From: an uncultured Clostridia bacterium
GTDB lineage: Bacteria > Bacillota > Clostridia > Christensenellales > UBA1242
DNA length: 36,217 bases
NCBI GenBank assembly: GCA_937900575.1
Contig: CALCEI010000167.1
Location: forward strand, 1-36,217
Direction of reading: 5' to 3'
The notes under the pieces were generated by a model. The model ran no database searches, had not been told where the DNA came from, and was given only the letters and a program-made list of their open reading frames with translations. Each line of letters opens with the position of its first letter. Position 1 is the stretch's first letter. This document shows, in pieces, positions 35,774-36,217 of the stretch. Position numbers and translations under genes: made by a program.

Positions 35774-36106
35774 TATGCCCAATAGGATACAAATTGCTTA
35801 TCATTGAGTGTCTTTGCCATCTTCTGGAGTTTCTCGTTTGATTTAGGGAAGTTTTCATTGATTACTTCCTGAAGGTCAGCAAGCATAGCCTGCTCATTAA
35901 TATCTACTTGATCTTTGTACTTCCACACCGCATTATTCCAATCCGTTTTAAACTCTTGCGCCTTGTATCGGTGGCCATTAATAAATATAACCTGATCAAT
36001 GCCATCAAATCGATACTCTATCTCTGTGGAGCGTTTTACCGTTCTTGTCTCGCATCCGCACAATACTGCTACCACGGCTGCAAAAATAAATAAAAATTTC
36101 AAATGG
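35585..36106. other. Compositionally foreign ~0.5-kb segment (about 42-48% G+C in hand-counted 60-nt blocks, versus about 27-35% just to its left)
   Basis: Hand counts: 35641-35700 is 43%, 35701-35760 is 45%, and 36001-36060 is 48% G+C; 35401-35460 is 27% and 34801-34860 is 35%. The codon switch (GAG, AAG, CAG, ACG, GCG, CGA) begins at about 35587 and ends at about 36106. Confidence 0.6.
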
Positions 36107-36117
36107 TTTTTTAGCAT
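35773..36117 (-). CDS. Small lipoprotein (114 aa) of unknown function
   Basis: MLKNHLKFLFIFAAVVAVLCGCETRT: a signal peptide with a lipobox-like L-C-G-C. The ATG at 36117 has no SD upstream. The gene lies entirely within the foreign-composition segment. Confidence 0.55.
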   Translation of the reverse strand: MLKNHLKFLFIFAAVVAVLCGCETRTVKRSTEIEYRFDGIDQVIFINGHRYKAQEFKTDWNNAVWKYKDQVDINEQAMLADLQEVINENFPKSNEKLQKMAKTLNDKQFVSYWA

Positions 36118-36217
36118 AGGGAAGAAAGGCGGAATATATTGAAGCGCCACCGATAATGAAGATTTCTTCTTTGGAATTTTGATATTTATTTACGATATCT
36201 TGATTGTAACATAAATT
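36107..36217 (-). pseudogene. Dihydrofolate-reductase-like reading frame entering from the right edge; homology is lost at about 36107 (truncated or disrupted folA/dfrA candidate)
   Basis: Minus-strand frame from 36217: NLCYNQDIVNKYQNSKEEIFIIGGASIYSAFLPYAKK. This matches the DHFR ..EE.FVIGGA.LY...LPYAD.. segment. The frame then reads PFEIFIYFCSRGSSIVRMRDKNGKTLHRDRVSI* (stop at 36005-36007), which lacks the expected L.LT.I....GD..FP tail. Confidence 0.5.

Noticed and set aside
36005-36217. Treating the DHFR-like frame as an intact short gene ending at 36005
   Set aside because: The last 33 residues (PFEIFIYFCSRGSS...) show none of the conserved DHFR C-terminal elements and overlap the lipoprotein ORF in another frame. 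It is better described as a truncated or disrupted gene, pending sequence beyond the window.

Overview
This 36.2-kb window comes from a low-GC chromosome. Hand counts give about 27-37% G+C in ordinary genes. The gene content is that of an endospore-forming Firmicute (Clostridia-like). All family calls rest on motif recognition only; no searches were run.

Recognisable genes:
- a gerA-type germination operon (GerAA/AB/AC homologues), spoIIE followed by tilS, and pheS-pheT behind a Phe-specific T-box leader
- a P-type cation ATPase, a CotJC/Mn-catalase-like ferritin-fold protein and a double PRC-barrel protein
- a three-gene membrane-lipid cluster: DAG-kinase-like, GT4 glycosyltransferase and an acyltransferase
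- rmuC, a VanW-family protein, a type I signal peptidase, dut and a DnaC/DnaI-like AAA+ loader

I saw no tRNA, rRNA, CRISPR array, integrase or transposase.

Items that are not routine:
1. A surface protein of more than 2,169 aa runs off the left edge of the window. It is tail-anchored and has no sortase signal.
2. The locus at 6.5-9.1 kb contains a 364-aa protein whose C-terminus carries diadenylate-cyclase-like motifs (DGI / GARKRAA / SHEGE) at canonical spacing behind an unknown N-domain. It also contains a small coiled-coil protein, a 3x ~27-bp tandem repeat, and a Shine-Dalgarno (SD)-less ORF with 22 cysteines.
3. A 404-bp convergent spacer has about 9% G+C. It lies beside a translationally coupled pair, an acidic 61-aa protein and a BspA-type LRR protein. 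The block is bracketed by an imperfect 15/16-nt direct repeat.
4. At the right edge, a ~0.5-kb segment with foreign codon usage and about 42-45% G+C encodes a lipoprotein. It supplies the first ~62 codons of the DnaC-like gene and coincides with the point where a DHFR-like reading frame loses homology.

I cannot say that any of these is a defined novel system. The DAC-like locus and the right-edge mosaic junction are the best candidates.
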